From Candidatus Woesearchaeota archaeon (lineage in GTDB: Archaea; Nanobdellota; Nanobdellia; Woesearchaeales; UBA11576), in the NCBI GenBank assembly GCA_027083015.1, contig JALWQS010000136.1:1-42195 (forward strand): 42,195 nt of DNA, given 5' to 3'. The notes beneath the pieces were generated by a model. It searched no databases, was not told the DNA's origin, and was given only the letters and a program-made list of their open reading frames with translations. A program made the position numbers and the translations under genes. How positions within the stretch are numbered: position 1 is the stretch's first letter; each line of letters opens with the position of its first letter. Shown here one piece after another: positions 41,570 to 42,195 of this stretch.

Positions 41570-42195
41570 ATGGAGTTTAATGAGATTGTTGAAAGTTTGC
41601 ATCCTCTGGAGAGGAGAGTTTTGCCTTATCTTGATAAATGTAGTTCTCTTTCTGAATTGGCTAAGGCGTCTGGACTTTCTGAAGTTGAGGCTATGCGAGC
41701 TCTTCAGTGGCTTGAGAATAAGCAGGCTCTTCATATATCTACAGGTGTTCGCGAGATTGTCAAACTTGATGACAATGGTCATGGTTACCTGAAGGATGGT
41801 TTGCCTGAAAGGCGGTTTTTAGAAGCGATTAAGGATAAGGAGCTTTTATTGGCAGATATTGCTAAGACTGCTTCTTTGTCTAAGGAAGAGCTTAATGCTT
41901 GTATTGGTTTGTTGAAGAAGAAAGCAGCTATTGAGTTTGCTCACGGTAACGTTTCTATCACTGAACAGGGCAGGAAGATTCTTGATAAGGAATGGCTTGA
42001 GGAACGTCTTCTTAAGAGATTGGATTCTGAGGATATCGAATTAGGGTCTCTTGCTCCTGAGGAACGGTTCGCTTATGATATTTTTGTCAAGCGTAAGGGT
42101 ATTGTTCAGCTTGTTGTTAAGCGCATCAAGACTTTTGAGCTTACAGATTTAGGCAGGCGCTTGGCTTCTGTTGATATTAAAGAGGAGAATACTAT
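41570..42195 (+). CDS. pheS: phenylalanine--tRNA ligase alpha subunit, N-terminal part (runs off the window)
   Basis: Open frame from ATG 41570 to the window end; it is absent from the track because it has no stop. LHPLERRVLPYL...LSEVEAMRALQWLENKQAL plus repeated wHTH-like segments are typical of the archaeal or eukaryotic-type PheRS alpha N-terminus. The catalytic core is not in the window. Confidence 0.7.
   Translation, partial: MEFNEIVESLHPLERRVLPYLDKCSSLSELAKASGLSEVEAMRALQWLENKQALHISTGVREIVKLDDNGHGYLKDGLPERRFLEAIKDKELLLADIAKTASLSKEELNACIGLLKKKAAIEFAHGNVSITEQGRKILDKEWLEERLLKRLDSEDIELGSLAPEERFAYDIFVKRKGIVQLVVKRIKTFELTDLGRRLASVDIKEENT

Noticed and set aside
1-42195. tRNA, rRNA or other canonical RNA genes.
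   Set aside because: I looked in all spacers longer than 100 nt (578-776, 14348-14554, 22593-22749, 23203-23467, 24864-25051, 32444-32599, 35119-35349, 40296-40644, 41455-41569). I searched both strands for T-loop GTTCRAATC-like strings and for cloverleaf-compatible stems and found none. A covariance-model scan would be the proper test.

Overview
This is archaeal chromosomal DNA. The evidence is a RadA recombinase, an RPA-type ssDNA-binding protein, aPelota, an archaeal-type PheRS alpha N-terminus, a TrmB-family regulator and TATA-like promoter boxes. Tight gene packing and the very large share of exported proteins suggest a small-genome DPANN-like episymbiont, but that is inference only.

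I call 31 CDS, the last one 3'-truncated by the window edge. I found no rRNA, tRNA, CRISPR array, transposase or integrase. Roughly two thirds of the coding capacity is secreted, lipobox-anchored or membrane protein.

Main points:
1. 0.8-12.6 kb (+): a co-directional, translationally coupled operon of exported enzymes. Their motifs match bacterial autolysin or endolysin domains: alpha/beta hydrolase plus SGNH esterase, metallophosphoesterase, M15/LAS-like peptidase, two papain-fold C39-like peptidases, and a GH23/SLT-like lytic transglycosylase. It includes a duplicated two-gene cassette of an enzyme followed by a Cys-rich type-I membrane partner. This is my best candidate for an undescribed system.
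2. 25.0-32.4 kb (-): a five-gene envelope module. It encodes a pilin-signal-like protein, a 916-aa coiled-coil transmembrane protein and three tandem paralogous lipobox proteins. One ectodomain fold appears four times.
3. 15.6-21.5 kb (-): a 1300-aa pilin-signal adhesin-like protein translationally coupled to a wHTH regulator, next to a lipoprotein and a CE4 deacetylase.
4. A bacterial-type Ack/Pta pair plus an AMP-forming Acs.
5. The given strand is T/G-rich whatever the gene orientation. Codon choice is therefore set by strand, and most long ORFs in the six-frame track are stop-depleted shadows.

All domain calls come from motifs read by eye. None has been verified by a database search.
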